Part shown: in pieces, positions 9,581 through 20,138 of the stretch
Numbering within the stretch: position 1 is the first letter of the stretch
Layout: the number at the start of each line of letters is the position of its first letter
Assembly (NCBI GenBank): GCA_963843795.1
Contig: CAWJLW010000005.1
Coordinates: forward strand, 1 to 64,000
Source: an uncultured bacterium
GTDB lineage: Bacteria > Armatimonadota > Abditibacteriia > Abditibacteriales > Abditibacteriaceae
Length of the DNA: 64,000 nt
Direction: 5' to 3'
Position numbers and translations under genes: made by a program
The notes under the pieces: model-generated
Told to the model about the DNA's origin: nothing
Seen by the model: the letters and a program-made list of their open reading frames with translations, nothing else
Database searches by the model: none

Positions 9581-11381
9581 TCACTCCGTTGGCGGCACCA
9601 GCACGAAATACGTTTCATCGGCGTTGCCCAAATCCTTGACAACCTGGCGGCCATCCTTGAAATACCAGGTCACACTGGCTTTGACTTTCGCGCCATGATC
9701 TTTGTAAATTGTGGTGGTCGAAGTACTTGTGGTGTCAGTCGCGCGCAAGGTGACGCGCGTGCGCTTGGTTTCGCCGATGAGCGGATAATCGAAATTGATG
9801 CTGGCGCTGGCGACTTGAGCGTCGGTGAATTTTCCCCGGTCCGCGTCAATTTCCATCGCGGTTTTATCGAGCGGCGGCACTAAACTAATCGCCGGATCGT
9901 TGGCTTTAATCCATTTGGCTCCGTCAGCGGGCACGCTCACGGTCTTGCGATTATGCACGCTCCACACGACTTGATATTCGTAATCGAGCCAGCTCGCGTC
10001 CTGCAATCCTAGGCGCGGATATGTGATGTCCTGCGATAATTTTCCGTCCTTGATGTCGTCCTGATTGATGCGCAAAGTGCCGGTAAAATCGGGCTGACCG
10101 TTCATTTTCTTGCGGAAATTGACTGCCACGAAATTAAGCGCGTCCTGAAAACTTCCGGCATAGTCGCCGTCCACTTGGAAATACACTGGACGAAACTCAA
10201 AGGCGGCATCGGCTAAGTTCACAATGCGAAAATAGCGCGGATCGTTTTTGAAAGCGTCATACAAACCGTGAATGTTGCCCGCCGTGTTGACCGGAACTTT
10301 CACCGTCGAGTTTTTCGTCATCACAATCGAGAAGGTGTTTTGCCGGATGTCTTTGCGGTTTTTCAAGACGAACTGATTGTCGGTGTAATACGGCTGATCT
10401 TTGCCGCCGGAAAACAAGTTGTAAAGCCAACCGGCTTTCTGGCGTCCGGCAATTTGGCCTTCCTCAACGGCGGCTTCGCGCGGCGGATCAGCGCTCCATC
10501 CGGTCTTGGTGTCGAACATAGTTTCGATGAGCTTGTTGCTGACTTGATCGACTAAGGCCTGCATATCGCCAGCTTTGAGGTCGAGACCTTTGGTGCGGTC
10601 GAGGACTTCGATTTTGATGTCGCCGTCGCGCTGCATCTTGTCGGTGATGTCTCGAATTTGGCGCTTGGTGTAACCGCCCTGCACGTTGGAAACGCTGGAA
10701 AAATGGGTGTAAATGGTGGAGACGTTGGCCGTGATGCGCGCGTCGAAACCCGTGACCATCGCTTCGTAATACGCGTTGACCGCGACCGAAACGTCCGAAG
10801 TCGGGCCGCTCAGGGAATCCCACAACAGCGTCGCGCCCTGCTGGTTCAAAATCGCGGCGATGGCGGCGCGGCTGCCGGGTGTGATTGGCGCTTTGCCCGA
10901 AGTCACCAAACTGCGCGTGAGGCCGCCTTCGCCGGTATTTTTGAGCACTGCCGAAACCACTTCAAAACTGCCCGGTACGTCCTCGCCCTCTTTGGCTTCG
11001 GCTTGCATCAGCGGCACCGGCCCAATCAGGCGCGCGCCGCCGACTTGCGTTTTTAATTTTTTCTCGATGTCGGTGACGACTTCGGGCGGGAGGGAAAATT
11101 CGATCAGCGCGTGGAACAGGCCGCCACCGGTTTTGCCTTTGGGATCAACGTATTTCAAGCACAAAAAATCCAGCGTGCCGTCGTCGTTGGTCGCCAGACG
11201 CGGATAAGCCGGAACGTAATAATAGGCTTTGGGATCGGCGTAATCTTGCAAAAGTTGAATGTTGTCAATGGTGAGCCGGCCTTGCGTCCATTTTCACCAG
11301 AGCGTGCGCGGCGCGCGGGCGCACCGCAAGTACTTGCAGTGCGACAAACATCAAAATCGAAGCAAGGCGCAAAGTTTTCAT
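9581..11381 (-). pseudogene. Paralog family member 3, frameshifted just after the signal peptide (near 11282)
   Basis: ATG at 11381 overlaps the upstream stop (ATGA) and reads MKTLRLASILMFVALQVLAVRPRAAHA-LVKMDA, then stops. Removing one base (gcaAggc) continues as GRLTIDNIQLLQDYADPKAYYYVP into ORF 9581..11251. Confidence 0.8.
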
Positions 11382-12559
11382 GGCGTTTCTCCATCACTGG
11401 AATCGTCGTCGGGAAGAATCAGCTGGGGCCGCTCGGCTTCAGGCGTGGTCACGTCCAACATCTTCGACCACGATTTGCCAAGGTGCCAGGCCGAAATGGT
11501 TTCCTCGCCGTCGTTGTTGATTTCGTGAATGCGAAATTTATACGGGTCGCGCAGCGAAACCGCGAATTGAAATTTCACCGCGCTGGAATACACATCGGGC
11601 GCGGTTTTGGAAAATCGCACGGTTTTGAGGAGCGGCTTGCCTGTGACCGAAGTCGCCTGAATTTCCACGGCCTTTTCATACAAATCGGGTCGCAGCGCGT
11701 TGTTGAAATCGAAACAATAAACCGAAAGCACAGCGTAACTCGCGGGTACGCTGTCGTTGATGTCAATTTTCCGAAAGCGATCTGGCAAGGTTTTGGCGTC
11801 CACGCTGACGGCGACAACATCGGCGGCGATGAGCTGCGAGCCGCCTTGCGTTTTATCTTTATCATCAAGCAAGCCCGGAATTTTGACGTTGCCCGAAATA
11901 ATCGGCGTGGTGTCGGCAAGAATGCCATCGGCGAAAAACGCATACGATAAGCTGAGAAGTACTTTGCCGGTTTGAAACGCTTCCCACAACGCTTGGCTGG
12001 TCGCGTCGTCGGGCGAAAGCGTGTAAATGCGCTCCGTCCAATACTCGTCGCCAGCAGGAGCTTTGTCGCCCGCTTGCAAGTCGCCCGCGCCGATGGGTTT
12101 TTCCGTCTTATCGTCAGCTTGGTCGGGTGCCGAAGAACTCGGTGCGAGCGGTGTGTAATTAAGGTTAGTTTCCATGCGGCGAATGACCAGCGGCCTGAGT
12201 TGCCGCACGTTCAAACGCGCGTTTTTCATTGCGGCTCGCGCGGCGCTTAGAGAACCGGGCGAATTCATCAGAATGCGAAAGCTCAAGATGCTGCGCGTGC
12301 GAAACTGGCCTTGATCGCCAGTCGCCGCCGTGCCTGTGTAGCGCATTTGCAAAAAGCTGATGTCGGGCTTGTTGTTTTTGTCCTGCGCAATGGCGAGCTT
12401 GCCGGGAGCGTAATACCATGTCGTGGATGATTTGCTGTCGGCGTAAACCATTATGCCGCCAAAAGTTTTGGCGCTGGCTAACACCGGTTCGCTGCGAGCG
12501 CGTGAAACCGCTGCGAACAAAACCACAACACTCCACACGCCCGCCGCGATTCGCTTCAT
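11378..12559 (-). CDS. Secreted protein of unknown function, short paralog family member 2
   Basis: Signal peptide. 'WYYAPGKLAIAQDKNNKPDISFLQMRY' and 'SQALWEAF' match the family N-terminal region; the central region of the longer members is absent. Overlaps both neighbours by 4 nt. Confidence 0.8.
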   Translation of the reverse strand: MKRIAAGVWSVVVLFAAVSRARSEPVLASAKTFGGIMVYADSKSSTTWYYAPGKLAIAQDKNNKPDISFLQMRYTGTAATGDQGQFRTRSILSFRILMNSPGSLSAARAAMKNARLNVRQLRPLVIRRMETNLNYTPLAPSSSAPDQADDKTEKPIGAGDLQAGDKAPAGDEYWTERIYTLSPDDATSQALWEAFQTGKVLLSLSYAFFADGILADTTPIISGNVKIPGLLDDKDKTQGGSQLIAADVVAVSVDAKTLPDRFRKIDINDSVPASYAVLSVYCFDFNNALRPDLYEKAVEIQATSVTGKPLLKTVRFSKTAPDVYSSAVKFQFAVSLRDPYKFRIHEINNDGEETISAWHLGKSWSKMLDVTTPEAERPQLILPDDDSSDGETP

Positions 12560-14691
12560 GCGCCGCCATCCTCTGGGTTATCAGGCGTTGCTGGCTTGTC
12601 CGCATCGGGTTTCGGATTGTCGGCGGGTGCGGCGGGCAGCGTTCCCAGAAGCGGCTGGACTTGCGCCTTGCCAATGTAAATCGTCGTGTTGTTGGAATTT
12701 GTCCACTGCGCACTTTCTGCGGTGGTGCCATCGGCGTTCACGATCGTGAGTTTGAACTTAAAAAGCGGATCACCCGGCTTGTTTTCTCCGGCCTGACGAT
12801 TCACGAGATAAATCGGCTTGAGCTTGAAACTTTCGTTGTCCTTGCCCAGTTCTATAGTCCTGGTGGTTTCAGCGCCACCTTTGGGATTGAAGTACTTGGA
12901 AGCGACTGTGACCACAACCAGCGCCGCGCCGGTATCTTGCAACGGCGTCAGCGTGCGAAACGTAATTTCGGATTGCGCCGCACCAGTTACACCTCCAGTC
13001 ACGACATCCCACGCTTTCTTGTTGGCTTCGGGGTCGTCGCTGACAATGGAATAATCCACCCACATACGCTTGGCCGAAGTGTCGAGCCAGGCCGGAATCT
13101 TGGCCGCATCAATGGTGATTTTTCCGCCCGGTGGAATTTCGGTGTCAGCCAAATCGTAGCTGTAAACCGCCTGTGCGGGAGCATCGGTCAGGACATTGAC
13201 GGTTTTCAATTTCTGCGAGAAAGGCGTGGTGTTCTTGAAAATCGCGTTACGATTGTAAGGCCGGTCGCCAAACGAATCACGGTCGCCGAACTTGAGGCTC
13301 AGAGGAATCGTGATTTGCAAACCATCAGCGCCCTCGGACGCCGATTGATATGTCACCTGGCCGCTGATGCCCAGGCCCTGGGTCATTACCAGTTGCAGGT
13401 TTTCTTTGGTGACTGAATCGGTGACGAGCGAAAAATCAATCAGGCCAGCGATGTCGGTGATGCCCGTCACGCTGATTTTGTCGGGCGGAATGTTGTATTG
13501 GCTGCCGACGGCGTTTTTAAGCGAAATCGCCATGCTGCTGAACGGGAACGGCTTGAGTTCCTTGAACACGCGATTGTTGGTGCGGCAGTAATCCTGAAGA
13601 ATCGTGCGCGCGAGCGCGATATCGGAATTGGTGATACCAGTCGTAAGGCGCGCGGCAATCGAAACATTATCGGTCGCATCAGGGTTCGCCGCCGCGCCGT
13701 AAAGTACGCGCAGCGCATATCCCGAATCAGCATCCCAATAAAGCGAGTAACCCGCTGGCAAGTAATAGAAAAAGCCTGACGCCGGATTATCGTCTTCGTA
13801 AATGTTGGGATGCAGGTTGGTGACGCCGCGTTCGCTCACGCCCGCCTCCATCTCCACGCCGTCGAAAAGCCGCAGATAATTCGTGCCTGGCCCGTGCCCG
13901 TTATTGTCTTTCACGGCGGTGGGCAAGCCCATGATAGTCTGGGCCGACGCGATTTTCATACTGGAAGCGGTCAGCATGTGCGCTTGTTGCACGATCACGC
14001 CATTGGGAACCGTCGTTGTGGACGGACGAACTCTTAAGCGGGTGATGGGCCTGAAGCGCCCGCCGGTTGCGGGCTTGGTGGCAGGCAAGGCCACGCTCTT
14101 ACCGATGGGCTGGGCAACGATGCTCGAAGGTGCGACCCGCCATTGCTTGGGGCACTGAAACTCGACAAGTACTTCGGGCTTGAGCGAATTGCCCTTGGAA
14201 ATCTGGATTTGCAGCGCGGCTTGCTCGACCATCGTGCCCGGCTCGGCCTCGGGCGAAATTTGCATGGTCAGCGTGGCCTCGCCTTCCCTGCCCTTGATCG
14301 AAGTTTTGGCGGTTTTAATCGCGTGCAGCGGGCGGCTTTTTTCATCAGCTGCGCTGAGGGACAAGGTGCGTTCGGCATCGTTCTCCAATTCGCTGTAAGA
14401 AACCTGCACCGTAAGCGAGCCAGAGCGGTCGGAGAGAACGTGAGCCGAGGAAATCGTGCCTTTGTTCTTGCCTTGGATAATCTTGCCCAAAATATCGTTC
14501 AGCCCGAGCTTATTGGGCTTGCCTCCTGCATCGAGCAAGGCGCTGTTTTTGGGCGTGAGGTCTTTATCTTTGAGGCCGCTGAAATTTTCGGGGTCGGCGA
14601 GAGCAACCGAAGTAAAGGTCGCCAGTAAGCAGGCGCACAATAATGCGCAATGGGATGACGCAAGCAGTCGCGGATGGCCACGCGGTGACAT
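12556..14691 (-). CDS. Secreted protein of unknown function, divergent paralog family member 1 with extra N-terminal domain
   Basis: Signal peptide ending VALA and AAGGAG RBS. Internal 'IYEDDNPASGFFYYLPAGYSL' matches the family YYxP start motif; C-terminal 'FKFKLTIVNADG' resembles the family C-terminal strand motif. Confidence 0.75.
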   Translation of the reverse strand: MSPRGHPRLLASSHCALLCACLLATFTSVALADPENFSGLKDKDLTPKNSALLDAGGKPNKLGLNDILGKIIQGKNKGTISSAHVLSDRSGSLTVQVSYSELENDAERTLSLSAADEKSRPLHAIKTAKTSIKGREGEATLTMQISPEAEPGTMVEQAALQIQISKGNSLKPEVLVEFQCPKQWRVAPSSIVAQPIGKSVALPATKPATGGRFRPITRLRVRPSTTTVPNGVIVQQAHMLTASSMKIASAQTIMGLPTAVKDNNGHGPGTNYLRLFDGVEMEAGVSERGVTNLHPNIYEDDNPASGFFYYLPAGYSLYWDADSGYALRVLYGAAANPDATDNVSIAARLTTGITNSDIALARTILQDYCRTNNRVFKELKPFPFSSMAISLKNAVGSQYNIPPDKISVTGITDIAGLIDFSLVTDSVTKENLQLVMTQGLGISGQVTYQSASEGADGLQITIPLSLKFGDRDSFGDRPYNRNAIFKNTTPFSQKLKTVNVLTDAPAQAVYSYDLADTEIPPGGKITIDAAKIPAWLDTSAKRMWVDYSIVSDDPEANKKAWDVVTGGVTGAAQSEITFRTLTPLQDTGAALVVVTVASKYFNPKGGAETTRTIELGKDNESFKLKPIYLVNRQAGENKPGDPLFKFKLTIVNADGTTAESAQWTNSNNTTIYIGKAQVQPLLGTLPAAPADNPKPDADKPATPDNPEDGGA

Positions 14692-15453
14692 AACGGTCTT
14701 CTCCTTAATGTCCTTAGAAGCCGAATCGCTTTAACAGACAGAGTTTCCAGTGGGTTGTGGTCTGCAATTGACCTACTCCGCAGATGAATCCGCTTTCAGT
14801 GAAAGTTTTTCAGCGTGCTGCTGTGCCCAGATTTACCCGACCGGCATCCGGGCAACAAAGAGTTCAAATGACTTGATTCATTTGGCTCCTCGACTTCGAG
14901 GCCAGCGGACTGGCTTATCCAACGATAATTTCTGCGACAGGCATCAGCGTGCAATTCAGCTCGTGAAACCACATTTCAGTGTCTGACCTGCGTAGTCACG
15001 TAAAGGCTTCAGGTGCACTATGATGGTTCTGTCCATCTATAAATCGCTCCCAAACCGCGTCGTGTTTTTATCGAAGTTACGACTATTATAAGCGATATTT
15101 TCGAAAAAAAGCAAACGCATAATTTCAAAGATTTTCTATCCCTGAAATTATGCGTTTTTTCCTATCAGCACGACTGGCTAACACTGCCCGCAAAGGCAAA
15201 AATTCGCCTGCAAGTACTTGCAGCACGCATGAACCGCTCGCCCAGATACCAGCCGATCACTTGAGTCGTGTTAGTCCAGCGAGCGAAGTCGATACTTCGT
15301 TGCCAGAACGACGTTCGGAAAAGTTTTGGAACGAGCCGCAGCGCGTCATAGCTTGCCCAAATTTACCTGTGTAGACTGGCCCAGAATTCTATGCGAAAGT
15401 GGGATGATTGATGGGTAGCAGATCGTAGGTGAAAGGTCAGCCCATCAACGAGA

Positions 15454-16584
15454 CTATTCCCCATTAAGTAAGGCGCGCAAGTGCGGCGCATACAGTCGAG
15501 GTTCGAGCAGAAATGAATCGTGGCCTTTATCAGAATGAACTGTAATCCACAGCGCATCTACGTCGGCGGCGTTGAGATAATTGACTAATTTGCCTTGCTC
15601 TTCGGGCCGAAAGGCCAGGTCGCTGTCGATGCTAAAAACCAAGAATTTCTGACCGCGACAGCGCGCGAAAGCATCCTCAAAACTTTCGGCTCCGGCTTCG
15701 CGCACCAGATCGAACCACTGCCACGCATCCAAAATGCGCAGATAGGAATTGGCATCGAAGCGCGCGGTGAATTTTTGACCTTGGTGCAACATATAACTTT
15801 CGATGGCCGAATTGATCGCATACCAGCCAAACGGCGGCGTCTGCGTCACGATTTCTCCGCGCGCCCGTTCGCGCAAGGCTTCCTGCGACACAAACGTTTT
15901 GTGCGCGATGCGGCGCGCCAGGGCCAAACCGGCAGCGGGCGGCGCGTCATCGTAATAATTGCCACCGCGAAAATGAACGTCGCTTTCGATGGCGTTGATC
16001 TGCTCGAAATTAATAATGCGCTGATAAATCGTGGTTTCAACGCCACACGCAATCGGCACCACATTGCGCACGCGCGACGGATAGCGCGTCGCCAGGCTCA
16101 GCGCCAAAAGTCCGCCGACGCTCGCCCCTATAGCTGCGTGCAAGGTTTCGATTCCCAGAGAAGCCACTAATCGCAGCTGCGCGTCCACGATGTCGCACAG
16201 GCGAATGCAGGGAAAGCTCGCGCCCCAAATCTCGCCGCTATCGCGTGGTGAAGCGGGACCGGTCGAACCGTAACAACCGCCCAGATAGTTGGCGCAAATC
16301 ACGAAAAATTTATCGGTATCGAGCGCGCGACCCGGCCCGACAAAACCTTCCCACCAACCGTCCTGCATTTCTGGTGTCCAACGCCCATCGACGCCCGCGA
16401 CGTGAGAGGTCTGACCCGCCGCGTGATGGCTGCCGGTCATAGCGTGAAACAGCAAAATCGCGTTGTCGCGGGCCTCATTAAGTGTGCCGTGCGTTTCGTA
16501 GGCGAGCTGAAATTGCGGCAAATGTTCGCCGCAACGCAAACGCAACGGTTCGTCGCGATTGTGGAAAAATTGAGTCTCAATCAT
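15454..16584 (-). CDS. metX: Homoserine O-acetyltransferase
   Basis: 'LAYETHGTLNEARDNAILLFHAMTGSHH', 'NYLGGCYGSTGP', nucleophile elbow 'GASVGG', 'RFDANSY', 'GHDSFL'; adjacent to metY. Confidence 0.93.
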   Translation of the reverse strand: MIETQFFHNRDEPLRLRCGEHLPQFQLAYETHGTLNEARDNAILLFHAMTGSHHAAGQTSHVAGVDGRWTPEMQDGWWEGFVGPGRALDTDKFFVICANYLGGCYGSTGPASPRDSGEIWGASFPCIRLCDIVDAQLRLVASLGIETLHAAIGASVGGLLALSLATRYPSRVRNVVPIACGVETTIYQRIINFEQINAIESDVHFRGGNYYDDAPPAAGLALARRIAHKTFVSQEALRERARGEIVTQTPPFGWYAINSAIESYMLHQGQKFTARFDANSYLRILDAWQWFDLVREAGAESFEDAFARCRGQKFLVFSIDSDLAFRPEEQGKLVNYLNAADVDALWITVHSDKGHDSFLLEPRLYAPHLRALLNGE

Positions 16585-16679
16585 GGGAAAAAAGCTAAAA
16601 GAAATCAACAATGCTGCCTGCAAGTACTTGCAGGCAGCATTGTGGGCATAAGTCGCTGCAAGTACTTGCAGGCGAGTTA

Positions 16680-17993
16680 TTACGCCCCAGCGGCTTCCAA
16701 AGCTTGATCGAGATCGGCGAGGATATCGTCGATATTCTCCAAGCCAATCGACAAACGCACCAAATCTGGGGAAATGCCGCCCGACATCTGCTGCTCTTCG
16801 TTCAACTGGGAATGCGTTGTGGTTGCGGGATGAATCGCCAGGCTTTTGGCGTCACCAACGTTGGCCAAATGCGAAAACAGTTGCAACGCTTCGATGAACT
16901 TTGCGCCCGCAGCCCGCGCCGCGTCGCCCTCTTTGTTGATACCGAAAACCACCATCGCGCCACCCTTACCGCGCAAGTACTTTTGGTTCAATTGGTACAT
17001 CGGATCGCTTTCCAAGCCCGGAAAACGCACCCACGCCACGCGCGGATGATCTTTCAAATGCTGCGCGACTTTCAGGGCATTTTCACAGTGACGATCCATG
17101 CGCAGCGGCAGCGTTTCTAACCCCTGCAAAAACATCCACGAATTGTCCGGCGCGATGCACGCGCCCAAATTGCGCAGCGGCACGGTGCGCATCCGCAAAA
17201 TATAAGCGAGCGGAGCGAGCATATCCGGCAAATCGTGGCCCCAACGCAAGCCGTGATACGAATTATCCGGCGTATCGAAAAGCGGATGATGGCCGCCTTT
17301 CCAATTGAATTTGCCGCCGTCGATGACAATGCCGCCGATTCCGATTCCATGACCGCCGATCCATTTGGTCAGCGAATGAACCACAACATCCGCGCCGTGC
17401 TCTAAAGGTCTCGTCAAATAAGGCGTGGAAAATGTGGCATCGACCACGAGCGGAACGCCATGTGCGTGCGCGATTTCGGCGATCTTTTCCAAGTCTGCAA
17501 TTTCGCTGGCCGGATTGGAGACAGTTTCGCAAAAGACAGCGCGCGTTTTGTCGTCGATTTGTGTTGCGAAATTTTCGGGATTGGTAGAATCGACAAAGCG
17601 CACTTCGATACCCATTTGAGGCAGGATATCGTTGAATTGCGTATAAGTGCCGCCGTATAAATTGCGCGCGGAAACGATGTTGTCGCCCGCTTGGGCAAGG
17701 TTGATAATCGAATAAAAAATGCCCGCAGTGCCGCTCGCCACGCCCAGCCCCGCCATCGGATGCGCGCCTTCGAGCATACTAATGCGCTTTTCTAAAACAT
17801 CGGTCGTCGGGTTCATCAAGCGCGTGTAAATGTTGCCCAGTTCTTTCAAGGCGAACAGATTGGCGGCGTGTTCGGCACTTTTGAATTTGTAGGCGCTGGT
17901 ACGGTACAACGGCACCGCGCTGGACAAGGTTTTTTCATCGGTTTCGTAACCGCCGTGCAAACACACGGTTTCAAACTTCCAATTCTCGCTCAT
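16680..17993 (-). CDS. metY: O-acetylhomoserine aminocarboxypropyltransferase (sulfhydrylase)
   Basis: 'FETVCLHGG', 'GNIYTRLMNPTTDVLEKR', PLP lysine motif 'HSLTKWIGGHG', 'HLANVGDAKSLAIHPATTTHSQL'. Confidence 0.95.
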   Translation of the reverse strand: MSENWKFETVCLHGGYETDEKTLSSAVPLYRTSAYKFKSAEHAANLFALKELGNIYTRLMNPTTDVLEKRISMLEGAHPMAGLGVASGTAGIFYSIINLAQAGDNIVSARNLYGGTYTQFNDILPQMGIEVRFVDSTNPENFATQIDDKTRAVFCETVSNPASEIADLEKIAEIAHAHGVPLVVDATFSTPYLTRPLEHGADVVVHSLTKWIGGHGIGIGGIVIDGGKFNWKGGHHPLFDTPDNSYHGLRWGHDLPDMLAPLAYILRMRTVPLRNLGACIAPDNSWMFLQGLETLPLRMDRHCENALKVAQHLKDHPRVAWVRFPGLESDPMYQLNQKYLRGKGGAMVVFGINKEGDAARAAGAKFIEALQLFSHLANVGDAKSLAIHPATTTHSQLNEEQQMSGGISPDLVRLSIGLENIDDILADLDQALEAAGA

Positions 17994-18004
17994 AAGGCTC
18001 CCTT

Positions 18005-18048
18005 AATTTGGTGTCCTCACAGTGTAAACGACTGGCGGACACCAAATT
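18005..18048 (-). promoter_or_regulatory. 12-bp stem-loop immediately 5' of the metY ribosome-binding site
   Basis: aatttggtgtcc (18005-18016) and ggacaccaaatt (18037-18048) form a perfect inverted repeat abutting AAGGGAG on the minus strand. Confidence 0.45.
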
Positions 18049-18192
18049 GTTTCCGTTTCAAGACAGGTAGATGAGGCACCCTAACGTTTCAACGACCTGC
18101 GAGTGCGGGGATTTATTCGCACCGAATTTATCGGCTCAAGGCGCAGGCTTTGGGGTAAAATAGCGCACACATCGATTTCCAAAAGCAACATC

Positions 18193-18930
18193 ATGATTAA
18201 TCAAACTTTCGGGATTCACTCTTACTGCTTCCGCAACTTTTCCAATGCCGAATTCGCCGCTGCCGCGCGCGAACTGGACGTGAATAACATCAGCATCTCG
18301 AATGTGCACGGTCACTTTCAAGAGCCGCAGAACTTCGACGAGATTATTGCCATCTACCGCGAGGCTCAACTGGAAATCTCGAATATCGGTGTGGTAAGCC
18401 TGAGTGGTGATGAACAGTCAGACCGCAATCCTTTTGAATTCATGCGGAGCGCGGGATGCAAAATTATGGCAGTCAACTTTCAGCCCGATAATTTTGTTAA
18501 AGCGAGCAAACTGGCACAAGAGCTTGCTGAAGAGTACGATGTGTGGTGTGGCATTCACAATCATGGCGGTTATCACTGGCTGGGTAATAGCGAAATTCTG
18601 GCGCATATCTTCCAAAATAGCGGCCCGCGCCTGGGATTATTCCTTGATACGGCCTGGGCATTGAGCGCCAGCCAAAACCCGGTCGAAATGGTGAAAAAGT
18701 TCGGTGATCGTCTTTACGGCATACATCTCAAAGATTTCATCTTTGACCGCAAGGGGAAGCCCGAGGACGTGATTGTGGGCACCGGCGGAGTCGATTTACC
18801 GGCTTTCGTGAGCGCCGTGGAAGCAGCCGCTTTCAAAGGTTCGTGCACACTGGAATACGAAGCCGAACCAGAAAACCCGTTACCCTCGCTACAAAAATGT
18901 GCCCAGGCTATTCGCGGAGTTAAGCTTTAA
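18193..18930 (+). CDS. Sugar phosphate isomerase/epimerase (xylose-isomerase-like TIM barrel)
   Basis: 'GIHNHGG', 'LFLDTAW', 'GIHLKD', 'TLEYE' metal-ligand pattern. Confidence 0.88.
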   Translation: MINQTFGIHSYCFRNFSNAEFAAAARELDVNNISISNVHGHFQEPQNFDEIIAIYREAQLEISNIGVVSLSGDEQSDRNPFEFMRSAGCKIMAVNFQPDNFVKASKLAQELAEEYDVWCGIHNHGGYHWLGNSEILAHIFQNSGPRLGLFLDTAWALSASQNPVEMVKKFGDRLYGIHLKDFIFDRKGKPEDVIVGTGGVDLPAFVSAVEAAAFKGSCTLEYEAEPENPLPSLQKCAQAIRGVKL

Positions 18931-19016
18931 ACACCGCTCAAGCAACTGTCGGAGATAGTTCAGCTACGTTCAACCAGTCAATACACTTCAATACAATTGA
19001 ATCCAAAGGAAATAGC

Positions 19017-20114
19017 GTGACACAAATCTCACTGCCGATTCGCGTTGGCATCGCCGGATTAGGTCGCAGTGGATGGAGCATCCACCAGCACACATTGAAA
19101 GATTTGACGGACTGCTACCAAATCGTTGCGGTTGCTGATGTTGACGCATCGCGCACCGCAGAAGCGCAAGCCGCTCACGGCTGCCGCGCCTATAGCAAAG
19201 TCGCTCAACTGGTTAACGACAAAGATGTGGATATGGTTGTCGTTGCAACACCAAACCGCTTTCACGCCGGCCATGCCTTGCAGGCTTTGAAAGCGGGCAA
19301 GCATGTGTTGTGCGAAAAACCGTTTGGCTTTACGACGGCAGACGTGGACGCCATGATTGCTGCAGCCGCAAAAACTGGCGTGGTATTGCAGCCTTTCCAG
19401 CAGCGGCGCTACGAACCAGATTTTCAAAAGGTTAAAGAAGTATGTCAAAGTGGTTTGCTGGGTGAAATCACTTTTATTCGCATTGCATGGCACGGCTTCA
19501 AGCGCCGCTGGGATTGGCAAACTTCGCGTGCTTTTGGCGGCGGCGAACTGTATAACAACGGGCCGCACCTGATTGACCACGGCATGGAACTGTTTGGCCC
19601 GTCCGATCCGCAGGTGTGGTGCGATTTGCGCCATTCACTCAACAGCGGCGACGTAGAAGATGACGTACGGGTAATTTTAAAGGGAGAAAACTCTCCGACG
19701 GTGCAGCTCGAATTAACTTCTACCACACCTTATTCACAGGAAAAGTGGCATGTCTGCGGCACATCGGGCGGACTGCACGGCGGAGGCGATAAATTGACTT
19801 GGAAATGGGTCGATTGGTCACAAATGCCCGAACGCCCGCAAGATTTGCGGCCCACGCCAGATCGCACCTACAACAGCGAGAAATTAAATTGGCAGGAAGA
19901 TTCGTGGCAACCCAACAGCCAAGCCGATACGGGTGCTGGCTCCGCGCCCGCGTCACAGCCGGTGGTTGAGCTTTATCGTGGCCTTTATAAAACCATTCGC
20001 GAAGGTGCCCCACAAGAGATCACGCCCCAGAGCATACGCCGCCGCGTTGCCGTGATGGAAGAATGTTACAAACAAAGCGGCATTCCCTTTCCCGCAAGTA
20101 CTTGCAGCGACTAA
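19017..20114 (+). CDS. Gfo/Idh/MocA family oxidoreductase
   Basis: 'VGIAGLGRSG', 'VVVATPNRFH', 'GKHVLCEKP', 'GGELYNNGPHLID'. Confidence 0.93.
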   Translation: MTQISLPIRVGIAGLGRSGWSIHQHTLKDLTDCYQIVAVADVDASRTAEAQAAHGCRAYSKVAQLVNDKDVDMVVVATPNRFHAGHALQALKAGKHVLCEKPFGFTTADVDAMIAAAAKTGVVLQPFQQRRYEPDFQKVKEVCQSGLLGEITFIRIAWHGFKRRWDWQTSRAFGGGELYNNGPHLIDHGMELFGPSDPQVWCDLRHSLNSGDVEDDVRVILKGENSPTVQLELTSTTPYSQEKWHVCGTSGGLHGGGDKLTWKWVDWSQMPERPQDLRPTPDRTYNSEKLNWQEDSWQPNSQADTGAGSAPASQPVVELYRGLYKTIREGAPQEITPQSIRRRVAVMEECYKQSGIPFPASTCSD

Positions 20115-20138
20115 TGAACGCCCAAAAAACCAGGAAGG

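Noticed and set aside
14692..15453. Long intergenic region upstream of the paralog operon as a riboswitch or small gene
   Set aside because: Only weak stems and short ORFs without convincing RBS or motifs; no riboswitch consensus recognised.
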